Source: Rhina ancylostomus
Lineage: Eukaryota
Direction: 5' to 3'
Assembly: GCA_030265395.1 (NCBI GenBank)
Contig: JARFYF010000029.1
Span: 19,907,941-19,971,940 of the forward strand
Length of the DNA stretch: 64,000 nt
Below are positions 49,236-62,186 of this stretch, in pieces (positions within the stretch are counted from its first letter, which is position 1; each line of letters starts with the position of its first letter). Made by a program: the position numbers and the translations under genes. The notes beneath the pieces are model-generated. The model had not been told where the DNA came from. It searched no databases and was given only the letters and a program-made list of their open reading frames with translations.

Positions 49236-50814
49236 GTAAGTGGCAAAAAAGTAACTTAATACCTTGAAATTAATTTAGCATTTTGCAAGTTGTTTTGAGG
49301 TCTTCTCTTAACATTAACTTTATATGTTTGTTAATTGTTAAGTCTAAGGATAGTTGTACTGTAATCAGTGATAAAATAATTGCTATGTTTTTAAAACAGA
49401 GAGTTATCAGATTGACAATCTAGATAATTCTCCTTTCAAAGTGCTCAATTGATGGTTGGTATTTAGGGTATGTTATTTGTGTCATTAACAAATCAAGTAA
49501 AATATTGGTCGACAGTGTTTGAGGTTTTAGCTACTGGGCGTAGAAATTCCAGCACACGGCACAAGATTTATGTACGTGATGAGACAAAATTTCTGTTTGT
49601 TAAACTAAAAAAAGGCTATTCTTAAAAAAAATTGTGTGCTTACTGCTTGGATTATGCAGACTGCTATTTTCCTACCGAGTAGTTCTGATGTGTTAACCCG
49701 TGGATGTCCCCAGAAATGCAGTGTAGTGTCCAACCACTTACAACATATTCCTGAATGTCGCTTTGATGACCATGGCCTGTCTCAGGGTCAGGATAGCAAA
49801 CTTCAATATTTTATGGGATTTCCCAAACCTAGATGTTACATCTGTGTCTAAATTTCCCTACCTCAATATCTGCCTGCCTGCTGTGATTTTTGCCATGGGN
49901 NNNNNNNNNGGAGCCAAGAATCCTCAGGACAGATTAAACACTGTAAATGGAGTGTTTGATGACATAACCACGTAGTTTATGACTAGAAGTATAAAGACAA
50001 AAGAGGCTGCAGATGCTCGAATCTGGAACAAAGAACAGGATACTGGAAGAACTCGGCAAGGTAAGTAGGCAAAAGGCATGAGTCAACTTTTTGAGCTGAG
50101 ACTCTGCATCAGGACTGAGAAAGAAGAGGAAAGGTAGCCAGNNNNNNNNNNNNNNNNNNNNNNNNNNNNNNNNNNNNNNNNNNNNNNNNGTAGAACCAGA
50201 TGGAGGAGGAGGTGGGCAAAGTGAACAAAGGGAACCTGTGTGGACAGGTGGATGCGTATGGGAGAACACTGGGGGTAAGGGTTACCTGAAATTGGATCCA
50301 CTATAGGTTCCACCCATCATCTACCAGCCTCTGTCTCACCCCTCCCACAGACTGAGAATAGAGATGGAGAGGGCTGGGAATGGGGATATTGGCACGTTAA
50401 AGGAGTTCTGCTCGAGCAGATCCCAAGTTGTAGGTTTCAGCACTGCAACCTGCTTTGGGTAGCGTTTAAATTAAATACTTATATCTCATGTTGGCACTTC
50501 CCTTGTATGTAGTCAGTGTGAGCAACCTTTCGTCCCCCTGGATACAAGTCCTGCACCTTAAGCTTGGGTCTTATCCGTAACCTGAGACACCTACTGCAGC
50601 CAGTTACCCTCCTTGCCCCACTCTCTCTGCAGTAACCCTAAACTGAAATCAAGATACCGTACTACAATCCTGTCAATCTCTTTCCCCTACAACCTCTCAC
50701 TAACTTCCCCCCTCACCATACTTGCGTCCTATCAGCTTTTCCTTCATGCAGACAGCGGTGCAAAGCTTGCAAAAGACTGGTCTTCATTGTTTTTACTGGT
50801 AAAGAACCCTTGGC

Positions 50815-51233
50815 CACTCATCGCTCCCCACCGATGACCCTTCTAGCACTTACCCCTGCAACCACACCAAGTGCTACACCTGTCCCTACACCTCCTCCCT
50901 CACCACCATTCAGGGCCCCAGACAGTCCTTCCAGGTGAGGCACCGCTTCACCTGAGAGTCCAAGGGTGTCATTTATTGCATCTGGTGCTCCTGGTGTGGC
51001 CTCCTGTACATAAGTGAGACCTGACACAGATTTGGTGTCCGCTTTGTCGAGCACCTTTGCTCCATCCACCACAAAGGCCAGGACCTCCTGGTGGCCAGCA
51101 CTTCAATTCCACTTCCCAGTCCCATACTGACATGTCTATCCATGGCCTCCTCTACTGCCACATTGAGGCCAGATGCAGGTTCGAGGAGCAACACTTCATA
51201 TTCCGCCTTGGTAGTCTCCAACATGACGGCCTC
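50815..51233 (+). mobile_element. Penelope-like element GIY-YIG endonuclease fragment (terminal-repeat piece at ~49990-50300)
   Basis: TCPYTSSLTTIQGPRQSFQVRHRFT*ESKGVIYCIWCSWCGLLYISET...EEQHFIFRLGSLQ. Confidence 0.85.
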
Positions 51234-51516
51234 NNNNNNNNNNNNNNNNNNNNNNNNNNNNNNNNNNNNNNNNNNNNNNNNNNNNNNNNNNNNNNNNNNN
51301 NNNNNNNNNNNNNNNNNNNNNNNNNNNNNNNNNNNNNNNNNNNNNNNNNNNNNNNNNNNNNNNNNNNNNNNNNNNNNNNNNNNNNNNNNNNNNNNNNNNN
51401 NNNNNNNNNNNNNNNNNNNNNNNNNNNNNNNNNNNNNNNNNNNNNNNNNNNNNNNNNNNNNNNNNNNNNNNNNNNNNNNNNNNNNNNNNNNNNNNNNNNN
51501 NNNNNNNNNNNNNNNN

Positions 51517-51840
51517 TCCCTGTATGAATGGACTTAAGGACAGCTTCTACCCCACTGTGATAAGACTATTGAACGGTTCCCCTACTCAATGAGATGGACT
51601 ATGACCTCACGATCTTCCTTGTTGTGACCCTGCACCTTATTGCACTCACTTTCTCTGTAGATGGGTCACTCTACTCTGTACTGTTATTGTTTTTTACCTG
51701 TAATACATCAATGCACTCTGTACTGACTCAGTGTAACTGCATTAACTGCACTGTGTAATGAATTGACCTGTACGATCAGTTTGTAAGACAAGCTTTTCAC
51801 TGTACCTCAGCACAAGTGACAATAATAAACCAATACCAAT
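51517..51840 (+). mobile_element. LINE 3' end (L2/Rex-type tail)
   Basis: acttaaggacagcttctaccccactgtgataagactattgaac...aagcttttcactgtacctc..gtgacaataataaaccaataccaat. Confidence 0.65.
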
Positions 51841-51900
51841 GCTAAAATAAACCAAGTTTAGTGGCAAATGTTGCAGAACAAATAATATTTGATTCATTGA

Positions 51901-52038
<138 letters not shown>

Positions 52039-53228
52039 TAATAGATTAAAAAATCTTGTCAAGTGTTCACAAAGATGGACATCATTAAAGCAATTTACAA
52101 TTTATTCTTCCATCCTTCTTGACATTTTTCATAAAGTATGGTTGTATTCTCTGTAAATTGAAAGATTTTAGGTGTGATTTTTCAGCTTTTCAAGATATTA
52201 AAAGAAAAGGTTATAAGGTGGTTCAGCTGAAAGAAACAAGTTCAACAGTTTGGGTGTTAAAGTCAATGAAAATTAGTCCAAACAATTAGAGTTGGGCCTA
52301 ACAGTCAAAGATTGATAGAAGTTTGGAACTCTTTCCCACAAATAGTAATAGAAGTTGGGTTATTTGTTCATTTTAATTGAGTAATTGTTAAGATTTTATT
52401 GCTGTTAACAATTAAAATGTAATTATTAACAGAAGATATTTTAGGGCAAAGGCTGGAAAATGGAGTTGAGTCTCATCTCAGCCATGATCTTATTTGAAGC
52501 ATAAAAGCCTTACACTTGTTCCTAAAGCAGTTTATAGGCAGGCTCATTGCTTGAGTGAGTCACCTTAGCTAATCTCACCACCACTTCACTGTCTGCGCAT
52601 GAATGTTTTCAGCAACACTTATCAGTTAATGACAGAAGTTGGTTGTATTTTACCATCTGGATAAAAAGTGCAAATAACAAATTGTCTCTAGCACAAAACT
52701 GACCAGTTGAAAGGTAAATCTGTCAAGACTGCATACTTGAAATTTTTTCACAAAACCATTGAAGAAGACAATAAATATGTTTCTGTTCTATCAAGTGGAA
52801 ATGTGCTATTTTTGCAAAAAAAAATTAATTCCTTATTTCCATAATCACTACTCAATGTCAGAGAAGGAAAAGTGAGAATGGAATTTTTTTAGCTTTGTCC
52901 TTTGAATGAACCCCAACTTGATTCACAATTTAAGTTTCTTTTAGGTTCGAGCTAATTTGTTTTTATTACTATCCTTTATTATCAGGGATGTGTTCCTTTT
53001 AGAAAACAATATAATCTGAATGTGTTCTATTTGTAAATATGTAAAAACCATTTTGTTGTCAGTAAATTAAATCTTGATTGAAGTGTTGTCATACTGCTTC
53101 CACCATATTTATATTATTTTCTATCAGTATTTGCCACGTGGCTTCAACAATAAATTTTCCACAAATCACAAGTAAGAAGTTTTTTTTGCAGATTTTACAT
53201 GATATTCTTTACTTTTTGTTATTTGTAG

Positions 53229-53337
53229 GATTTTCCAAGCTGGGTTGGAAGTGGAGAGATTATATATGAGGAACTTCTTCCATTATTATCACTCCAAACG
53301 TGGCATGTGGAATAGGAAACAAATCAAAGTGACATAA
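53229..53337 (+). CDS. B4GALNT3: B4GALNT3 last coding exon [35 protein letters not shown] (109 nt)
   Basis: ttgtag acceptor; HSKRGMW motif; TAA at 53335-53337. Confidence 0.95.
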
Positions 53338-54399
53338 TAGTGACTGTCAGAAGTCTGGCTCACGTGCACTTTATCCAATCAGAGGATTGAACTATCCTAT
53401 CCAAAAACAAGTGAAGTATAGCCCCTTGTGCTATCCTATGTATAATGTATCTGAAGACGGTGCAATTGCTGCTCTCATCACTCAGGCTACTAAACAATGG
53501 ATTTGTGATCCTCAGCATAGGAAAATTTTGCAAAGGACCTCTCTCAATACATGTGATTGTAAGTGGTGTAAGATTCCTAGAATATGATTTCTATTTTTTT
53601 ATTCAAAGCAATGCAATGATGCTGTTAGGGTCTGAGAATGGAGTTATGCTTATGGTAAAATAAAACAAATTGACTGTGATTTTTTCCATATGGACGATGA
53701 GTGAAGCCATGTTAGACTCAAACAAAGGTAACATATTTGGGAACTTTCTGTGCTCAGATCTTAGCCACTGTGTGGCATCACCACGTTCATGGTTATACAG
53801 TTTCACTTCGGCCTATGTGAAATACTCATGTGCCTATCAGAGCCCATAGACTAATAACTTGCTAGTACCTTATATGTTTCACCTTTAGGTGGAATTGTTA
53901 GGCATCGAGGCTCAAGAGTGAGCTAAATTTTCCCAATGTGTAGCCATCAAATTTTGGGAAAGAATTATTATATTTTTTAATGTTTGTGGATATAGTTATT
54001 TAAAATAACCTAGGGAAGGTGTATTCATTTCAATGAAGTTTTTAGCAATCTGGTGAGTAAGATTGAATAAGTGTGCCTAGAAACTGGATAGCATCATTTT
54101 TTTTAAAAAAATTCCCACTCAGTGCTATGCAGTCCAAAATTCATTCAACCTGTAATTAATTGTGTTAACAATCATTCTGAAGTGAAATCACATCAGCCGT
54201 AAAATTGAACTAGGCAATTCTGGGTTGTAATATATATAGGTGCACCTTATATTTCCTAGGTGAAAGATGCACGCCTAATGACATCAGCAGTCATGCAACA
54301 CATTTGAATGCTTTCTGACAGAATGAAGCTCCCAGATCCAGAAAACAATTGTTGTCTGGCAAGCCCTAAAAACAGGGAGAACAACCGACTGTGTTCTTC

Positions 54400-55095
54400 A
54401 TTTAGATGCCATTAAAAAGTTACTCTGTTAACATCAGCAGGCTTCACAAGGCACCTTCAAATCTCACTGGAGGCTACGCACACACATCCTAAAGTTCACA
54501 CTGTGCTCAAACCTTTTCATGAAAGCTTAGAGGTAGGTGTTGCAAGTGACCAAAGGTAGATTGTGAACCCGGCAAAGTGTAAGCTGCCGTCAGCTGCACT
54601 TGTTCTCAGAAGGGCTCCCTCAAAAACCCAGAATTCCTAATGAATAGAAAGGTAATTTGTTCCCTCAACATCCAATTGTTGTTGATTGCAACAAGAATTT
54701 TCTTATGGTCAGTGCCATGTTTCCTGGAAGCTCACGTAACTCCTTCATCTTTAAAGAGTCCATTTTGCCAGTTACCCTTAATGGATAACCGTGCCTTCTG
54801 ATCTACCACTACTTTTGTGACTTGATGCTTGCACACACACACTGGGGTAATAACACGAGGATGAGAATAAATCTGAAAGGAGACATTGCTGTGGGATGAG
54901 GTTCCTCAGCAACTCTGTGAAGACAATCATGTCACTCAGCTGAGCATTGCTGTATCAAGACCCAGAGTACTACCAGCACATCAGTGGCCTTCTGAGGAAG
55001 AGATCCCACTGTCTATGTCAGTCTGGTTACACACTCCTGAATACACCTTGCAGGTATGCAAACTCCTGCATGCTACATAATCTGGCCAACTGAAG
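54400..55095 (+). pseudogene. PIF/Harbinger (HARBI1-like) transposase fossil
   Basis: Broken frames give KV*AAVSCT..RAP..MNRKVICSLNIQ/VVDCNKNFLMVSAMFPGSSRNSFIFKESILP (54574-54770) and GLLRKRSHCLCQSGYTLLNTP..CMLHNLA (54986-55087). Confidence 0.8.
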
Positions 55096-55261
55096 AGCAT
55101 GTCTCATGTGTGAGGAAGATTTGCCAGGAGACCAAACATCAGAGGCTTAAACCCACGAGGCAAAGGGGTATTAACAAGAGGATGAGAATAAATCTGAGAG
55201 GAGACGTTGCTGTGGGATGAGGTTCTTCAACAACTCTGTGAAGAGAATCATGTCACTCAGC
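54844..55261 (+). repeat. About 97-bp direct repeat pair (54844-54940 and 55166-55261)
   Basis: ggggta.taaca.gaggatgagaataaatctga..ggagac.ttgctgtgggatgaggttc...tcatgtcactcagc occurs twice. Confidence 0.93.
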
Positions 55262-56279
55262 AGAGGAATGAGGCACACCTTTAGAAGATCCTAATCGAGA
55301 GAAAATTCTTGGAAAGTCTAAGCCAAGTCGTTGATTCTTCTGCCTTAGACATCTCCACATTTCACGTTTGTTCACCAACAGAGGATAGAAACACCTGAGT
55401 GATCTTGATAGGACATCATTTTTCGTCATGTGCAACTTTCCAGACCTACCTACATATAATACATTGAGGAATTTTTCCTTGGTCCTGATACTCAGATGTC
55501 TGACAAGATTTAACTCTTTCTGACGGATGATATTATTGTTTAAAGCATGCTGACTTCTGCATACAATCAAGCTTCCTTAGTGTTACCATGGATCAAAGGC
55601 CTTAGTGCTTTGGGCTGCTAATCCATATCAATCTTCACCAGTCAAAATTGCTGCCATTGTATCTGAAAGAAATGCTCATTACAGTATGTTCTGCAAAATG
55701 TATTGCAGAGGTGCATTGAAGAATTAGCATAGCCAATGAAGTCCATTCTCAATCAACAGTGAGGGCTCCCTTATTGAACTTATCCTGAGTTGCAAGATTC
55801 AGTTGTAATCATTTAACCAATTCAATGGAATTGATGAAGGCTCCTGAGAAGCATAATCATGTCTTACTCTATTCACCAATCACATGATTACTCTCTCCTT
55901 ACTGTCCTTACTAAAAGGAATTACTTTTGACTTGCACATTCTGAGTTGCTTTGAAGAGAGCAGTGAAGAAAAGCCTGGGTATCATTGTGCTTTCAACTTC
56001 ATATCCTTTAGCTTACAAATTAGAAATTCTTCCTCCAGAGACTGGCATTTAAAGTCTTTATGGAGTACAGCCAGTGGGGAAGAGCTGAGAGTCAATATAA
56101 ATTCAGAGGTCAGTCTTGTACGGAATTACAGGTATAGAAGCAGTTTTAGTTGTTTCACATCTGTATGCAACAGGGCGGGCATTGAAGTATCCCTCAATAG
56201 GAGGTGACCTTGCTTGGAATGCACGGGCAAGAGTGCCCTGATCCTCCACACTAGTTGACCTCTCTGGAGATGATGTTGT

Positions 56280-58130
56280 CTTGGCTACACCACCATCTTT
56301 TCAACTTGCGGATCTGAAGCTGAGGCAGCTGAAAGACTCTGACTCTGTCCTTTGTTCAATCCTCTCCTCAAAGTCAAGTCTGTGTAATCAGAACACGAGA
56401 GGTGTGTAAAAACTGGGCACATGTCTCTGCTCCTGTGGAAGGGAAATGAGTTCATGCATGTCATATCTCTGCTCATGGTGTGTCTCTGCTGACACAAGAG
56501 TGCTACCTGTTCACGTGAAACACCTCTCTCCTCATGGAGAACAGCAATCTGCCCAGTTCTGTAAGACACCATCTTGCTCATGATACAAAGCTTCAAGTTG
56601 TTGCCCTGGTACAGAGTCCAGAGGTCTACCTGGACTACAGAAGTAGAAAGATTTTGAATGGCTTTCACCTGGCCCAGTAGCTGCTGTGTGTAGGGATTGT
56701 CACTGGATCTGTGCAGTGAAGTCTACATTAGCTTTGGAGTGAGATCGTGCCCTGCTGGCTCTGCACAGCCTCCTGAAAAGCAAGGAGATGGACTCCTACA
56801 TGCTCCTTGCCATCTCTGGCATTTGTCCAGGGCACTAACATCGTGCCAACTGTCTTGTGCATCACAAAAGCCTTCTCACAAAAGCATCCTCATCGTAATC
56901 TTCATCTGAATTCTCCAAGGTAGTACAAGTGCTTGTATGTTCTGCTAACCCCCATGCTGATTCACCAGGCTTCCTGCTGAATTGTAGTCCATTAGTGCTA
57001 GATGTTGCTCCTTGTGTCAAGTAGCCCTCTAGTCTTTGTTGTTCTTCCCTCATGGTACCGGCCCCTGACATGGTATTGTGGGAAGGCAAGTGCAAAAATC
57101 CAATGTGCACTCTTGAGCATCCTCCTTCTCCTCCTCCTCCTCTCATTTCAGGCTCTTACTGTTACGGTGATGGTTTCAGAAAGTGAACACAAGGGCCCTC
57201 TTATTATAAGTAAAATCAGAGAATGCTGGAAGGTCAGGCAGCATCTGAGGAAGAGGAAAGGTCGGCCCATTTGAGAGCTCTCATCATACCTTGCAGATAA
57301 AACTGATGCACGTGTAGCAGAAAACAAACTGCTGGAGGAAGTCGGCGAGTTGAGCCCATACTCCAGCATCTACAGCCTCTTGTGTCTCCTGGTGCACCCG
57401 TAAGCTGTGACCAAGCCAGCTTTATTGGAATAGAGCAGTTGGCATAATGGACCATGCATTTTACCAATTCAAGGGGGATGGAGCAGGCAGAATGAAACAA
57501 TGTGCACGTGCAACAGATCTCTTGCATTTTTCCCTCTTNNNNNNNNNNGGGTTTTGGTTTCTGGGCCTACTGTGCACAAGGAAGGGGGCCCAGCCCCCTT
57601 GCCTGGTGGGATACTATGTCCAAGAGGGATCCCTTCCCATTAATGTGGCTCCATTCTATCCTTAGCAGGCTTTGCCTAAATAAAGCAGCTGAAGTGTAGA
57701 CTGAAAAGCAATTTTATTTTCCTTTTATTTATAACCTTGATATTCATGCTGGAGTTGGTGAGGGTGCATTTGGGAGGCAGGTGTGTGGTGTTTGTTTGTG
57801 TACGTCTTAGTATGCATCAGTATGATAAAGCAGTATTTATAGTGCCATCGAGTTCTCCTTGATGTACCTGGTGAGGATGTAATCTTTGTTGCAGCTTTGC
57901 CCCGTTGTACTGGGAGATTTTCACTCCTGGCAAATGTGATTTCCTCTGCCTCCGGCCAGACTCTTCTTCTGGTGACCCTGGTAGGTTCTTCAGCATCCAA
58001 GGCTGGAACGTGTCTTGGTAATGAATAAAGCACAGCCGCACTCTGTGAGTTAGAGAGCTCTCCTCTGCAGCTTCCCTCTTCTGGCAGTCGCTGTATAGCC
58101 ACAATGGGGAGTATGCCTTAAAGGGCTAAT
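56280..58130 (-). pseudogene. PIF/Harbinger Myb/SANT-like accessory gene fossil, convergent with the transposase fossil
   Basis: 57860-58050 reads VTRRRVWPEAEEITFARS/TTGQSCNKDYILTR (W..VA..V..T..QC.K..DL pattern); 56760-56920 reads ENSDEDYDEDAFVRRLL..MARSM*ES. Confidence 0.55.
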
Positions 58131-58634
58131 ACCCTTTGTTGAATGTTGAAATTTTCACTGCTCCCAGTGGAACCCACACAGGTTTCATTTCAGTGCAGCT
58201 TCAGCCCATGACCTGAAAATGTGAAATCCAATTTCTTGGCAATCACTTTTCCTTGCATTTGTGCTTGTTCACAACATAAATATTATTTACTACAGTTTCC
58301 ACTTTTTAATGTTTTGAAGAGCTTAAACCGACATACACATTTAGTGAAGCCAATATACTTTTTGATTGCATAGTGCTAACAGTAGGACTACACTAATGCC
58401 TTAGTTTCTTGAAATTGTTGTGCTTTACAACTAAGTAATATGTCTGCATTTTAGCCTCATTTTAGAGGGTCATTTTAAAGTAAAATATATACAATTGCAA
58501 TGAAGGGATATTCAAAGAATGGAATCAAATACTACAACCTTGGGATTACTTCAGATTTCTTTGTGAAGAATAATGCAAAATATATTTCTGATAGAACAGC
58601 TTCTGAGTTGATTCAGTAATATGGAGACGTACGC

Positions 58635-58848
58635 AACTGCAGATGCAGGAATTTGTAGCATAAAACAAACTGCTGGAAGAACTCTGCTGTTCAAGCAGCG
58701 TCTGTGGAGGCAATGAGATGGTCAACGTTTCAGATCAAGACCCTGCACCAAGACTAGTGCAGGGTCCTGCTGCAGGGTCTTGACCTGAAACGTCGACCAC
58801 AGATGCTACTACTCAACCCACTGATTTCCTCCAGCAGTTTATTTTTTG
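58635..58848. mobile_element. Palindromic non-autonomous element derived from Penelope-like termini
   Basis: aaactgctggaagaa...ggtcaacgtttcagatcaagaccctgca / tgcagggtcttgacctgaaacgtcgacc...ttcctccagcagttt form nested inverted arms. Confidence 0.8.
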
Positions 58849-59301
58849 GCAGTTACAGTTTGGTGCAGACTCTTTTACTGCAGAAAATATTTTGTGTCTC
58901 TTTTTCTTTAAAGAAGTGACTTAAAACTTTTGATGCAAATTACTTGCACGGCTATATTTATACTTGATTGAACCTGCAGGATATACAAGCATTTTTGCTG
59001 CACTGTGTTTGTAACCAAGTACCTCAATGATGAGTCTTATATAAAGCTCACAAAACTCATCAGAATTTATTTTTCTATGGATATAGGATGTGAGGAAGTT
59101 CGGTACTTTTCAAACGCATTTTGGGTACTTAAATTATCTGGGGAGCCTGGAAGAACTTTTAGTGTTATTAGGACACTGTTCAAAGCCGTTTCCAGGGGAA
59201 GCCCTTTTAACTGTAGAATTTGTGTTTAAACTGTATCTATAAAATGTAGGATGATCTTTTAACAATGCTGGGATAAAGGGTTGATTTCTATGAAATTGTA
59301 A

Positions 59302-59332
59302 AATAAAGTGTAATTATGATTTCTGAAATAAA
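59302..59332 (+). terminator. Candidate distal polyadenylation signals (AATAAA at 59302 and 59327); a proximal AATAAA lies at 53659
   Basis: Two hexamers in an AU-rich, repeat-free block; usage is not shown by the sequence. Confidence 0.35.
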
Positions 59333-59869
59333 AGGCTTTTTTAAAAAAAAAATTGACTGTTATTAAGTCTGATTGCTCATTTCCTCTTCAAACACTACTG
59401 ATGGATGATTGCTGTGCTTCTTAAGTAGGGGAAGAATCACCCTCACTACAGTATAGTACATATTGTTAACCTCTGTGATCAGAGTAAATTCTGCTAAATT
59501 AGCCATGTAGCCTCTGAGTTATCTTCTGCTTTTATATTTTACATTGGTGAGAATGCAAACTGGCATCAGGGAGGAGGAACTGATGCATGGTGCGTTTGAT
59601 TGTTTCTTCTATTGGCTGCTGGAAATGCTGGAGGATAAATAAGGATGGAGGCTTTGAGAGCAAAATGTTGGTGATGAATGTTTTCTGCCTCAGCTGACTC
59701 AGTTACGTTGGTATATCAAGCACCAAGGAGCAGAAACTGCAGGTTTCTGCTCAAGAATACTCAAGTAAATTGTGACTCTCATGCTGGAATTGGCCTCCCA
59801 GGGTACCCATGAAAGAATGAGTTGACGGCACAGCATTGGGTCCAGCTCCCAAAAGGGCAATTATATCCA

Positions 59870-60150
59870 AACCGTTCTCCCTTTTACCTCCCTGCATCCT
59901 TACGAATTCTCTCCCATGTGCCCATCAACTCCCCTTTTTAACCTATCTGCACTAGGGAGTATACTAATTTACAGTGGCCAATTGATATATGGGCAGGTCT
60001 TTGTAATGTGGGAACAAACCAGAGCACCCAAAGGAAACCCACACAGTCACAGGGAGAGTGTGCAACGTTCACACAGACAGTATTCCAGGTCAGGTTTGAA
60101 CTTACTGGAGCTATGAGGCAGTAGCAGGAACTCCCCATGTCAATGTGCCA
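59870..60150 (-). mobile_element. V-SINE (HE1-like)
   Basis: aatgtgggaacaaaccagagcacccaaaggaaacccacacagtcacagggagag core. Confidence 0.75.
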
Positions 60151-62186
60151 TCCCCAAATCTATGACCATGTTGTTCTGAATTAATCTTCAATTCCATTCT
60201 TTGGTACATCCCACTCCTGTACATTTAATTCTCCATCTCCCTTTTTGCCCAAAGATTGTAGTGTGGATTGTGCTTGACATGGATGGTTTCCTGAACCAGC
60301 AGGAGCAGGGTCCAATACACTGAACACTGAAGAAGTAAAAGTCCAAGCAGAAGTTCAAGTGTTACGTTATCAATCTATTCAGATGTTTGTAAATACTACC
60401 ATCATGAATAATGAAGCAGTTTTGGGGAAAAAATGAATCAACGGCAGTATTTGGTAATAAAAGAATATTATCTGAAGCAAAGGTGACGAAAGATGACATC
60501 CAAGTTATTGCTTTTGCACTGAGCACATGGCACAGGAACGCCAGTCTACAACCAACTCTCTGCCCCTGCCTATATTTCTCAATGGCCACAGGAAAATGAT
60601 GCAGAGTCCTGAGGAAGTTCAACCCGATCTGTAAGGAGGGACCTCATCTCAGCGGGAAGTGCAAGTTCAGGAAGGAATTGCAGGTACAAATCTATGACTG
60701 CGTCATTTTGTATATTTCATAAGATAGCTAAGTCATTCTACTGAAAAGTTCTGTGACACGTTACACATTTAAATTTTGTGTCTAATTTGTTGGAAGCTGG
60801 GATGTGATTTGCAGTTAATTGGGAAATTTGACCTGATTTTTTTTATATATATAAGCATTTGCTATAAATATATATGCTCATGGCAGCTGTAAAGTCACTT
60901 GTTCTCTGAACTAAATAATTTTAAGTTTAAAAAAAGTGTAGGAGACAAGTGAACAGAAGGTCTTTTCAAAGTTAACCCTCCATTATGCATACTCCCTGCA
61001 TTCCAAAACTTAGAAACTGACAGCCAATACTTCTAAATTTAGGTCTTGGCATATCAAAAAATGTGATGATGAAGGTATTTCAGTAAAAGCACTGATAAAT
61101 CAGTTATTGAATTGGCAACTGTCCTCTGCATTCTGAATTGTGATACTCCTGGCTGAATCTGCTTGGAAAGAAAGGCATGCATTGTTATAGTGTATTTGAC
61201 AGGTTGTTCCAAAGCACTTTTTAGCTATTTGGTACTTTTATAATACAATCATCTTTGTATGAAATATGACAGTGAGTTTCCATGCAGCATGGAAAGCAGT
61301 GTGATTATAACTAGTTAATCGGTTTTAGCAATGTTAATTGAGGGAAAAGTAATGTTTAGGGTAACAGGAATAAATATGATGCTCTGGTTTTATGGCTGAT
61401 TGAGGGAACAGATGGGCTGAGAGCAGCCACCTATTTCCTACCTGAGAGTAACAGCTGCAGTACCCACTCCTTGGCAGAACCACCATAACCCTGTTCAACT
61501 TCCAATTGGCAGTCTCCCCATTTGCAAATCCTGTGCCATGCTGGCCTTGTCAGCTGATGATGCCAGCTTTAAAGGCACACTGGTCTCCTTCCCAAAGGAC
61601 AGTGGATTCTTCAAGTGAATATCACAGTGGATCTCCTGAACAAACACATTTAATCAAGTGACTTGCTGTGCTTAATTTATGCCTTGGGAAGTTCATCGTT
61701 CTTTTGCTGAATGAGTTAATATACCCAAGTTATGCCAGGTATTTCATGACTGTGGTCTGACGGGTATAAATCTCTGCACCGATTTACACAATTGTTGTTG
61801 CATTGATTTATTATAGACATGTACATGTTCTATACCTGGGAATAGAGTGAAAATATCACTAATTTATGCACCATCAAGACTATACAGAAATGATGAAAGA
61901 CTGTAGGCAAGAGTTCAATATAGAAAAGCATTTTGGGATTAAGGGATAGGGAATGTTTTATAAGAAACAGGAAATTTTAACTACACAGGTGGAAAAGGTC
62001 AGCAAACATATTTGCTACTAAAAGTCATGTTTGATTTTTTAAAAGTGGAAAATAGAAGAAGCACAGAATATAAAACTCCAGGGAGGCATATTGTGTAATT
62101 ATAAATACCCCCATGATGAAAATTAAAGAATGGAAACTGCAATATTTTCAGAAAAACTGGGATTACAATTATAACTTTTTTTTTAT

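Noticed and set aside
2716-51537. ORFs consisting largely of X (e.g. 2716-3102, 25734-26384, 38879-39530, 51057-51537)
   Set aside because: Artefacts of N-gaps. No gap interrupts a coding exon, and the exon phases close without needing a hidden exon.
55253-58104. Minus-strand ORFs of 94-127 aa as a novel nested gene
   Set aside because: Interrupted by stops and frameshifts, with no coherent splice chain; better explained as a decayed Harbinger accessory gene
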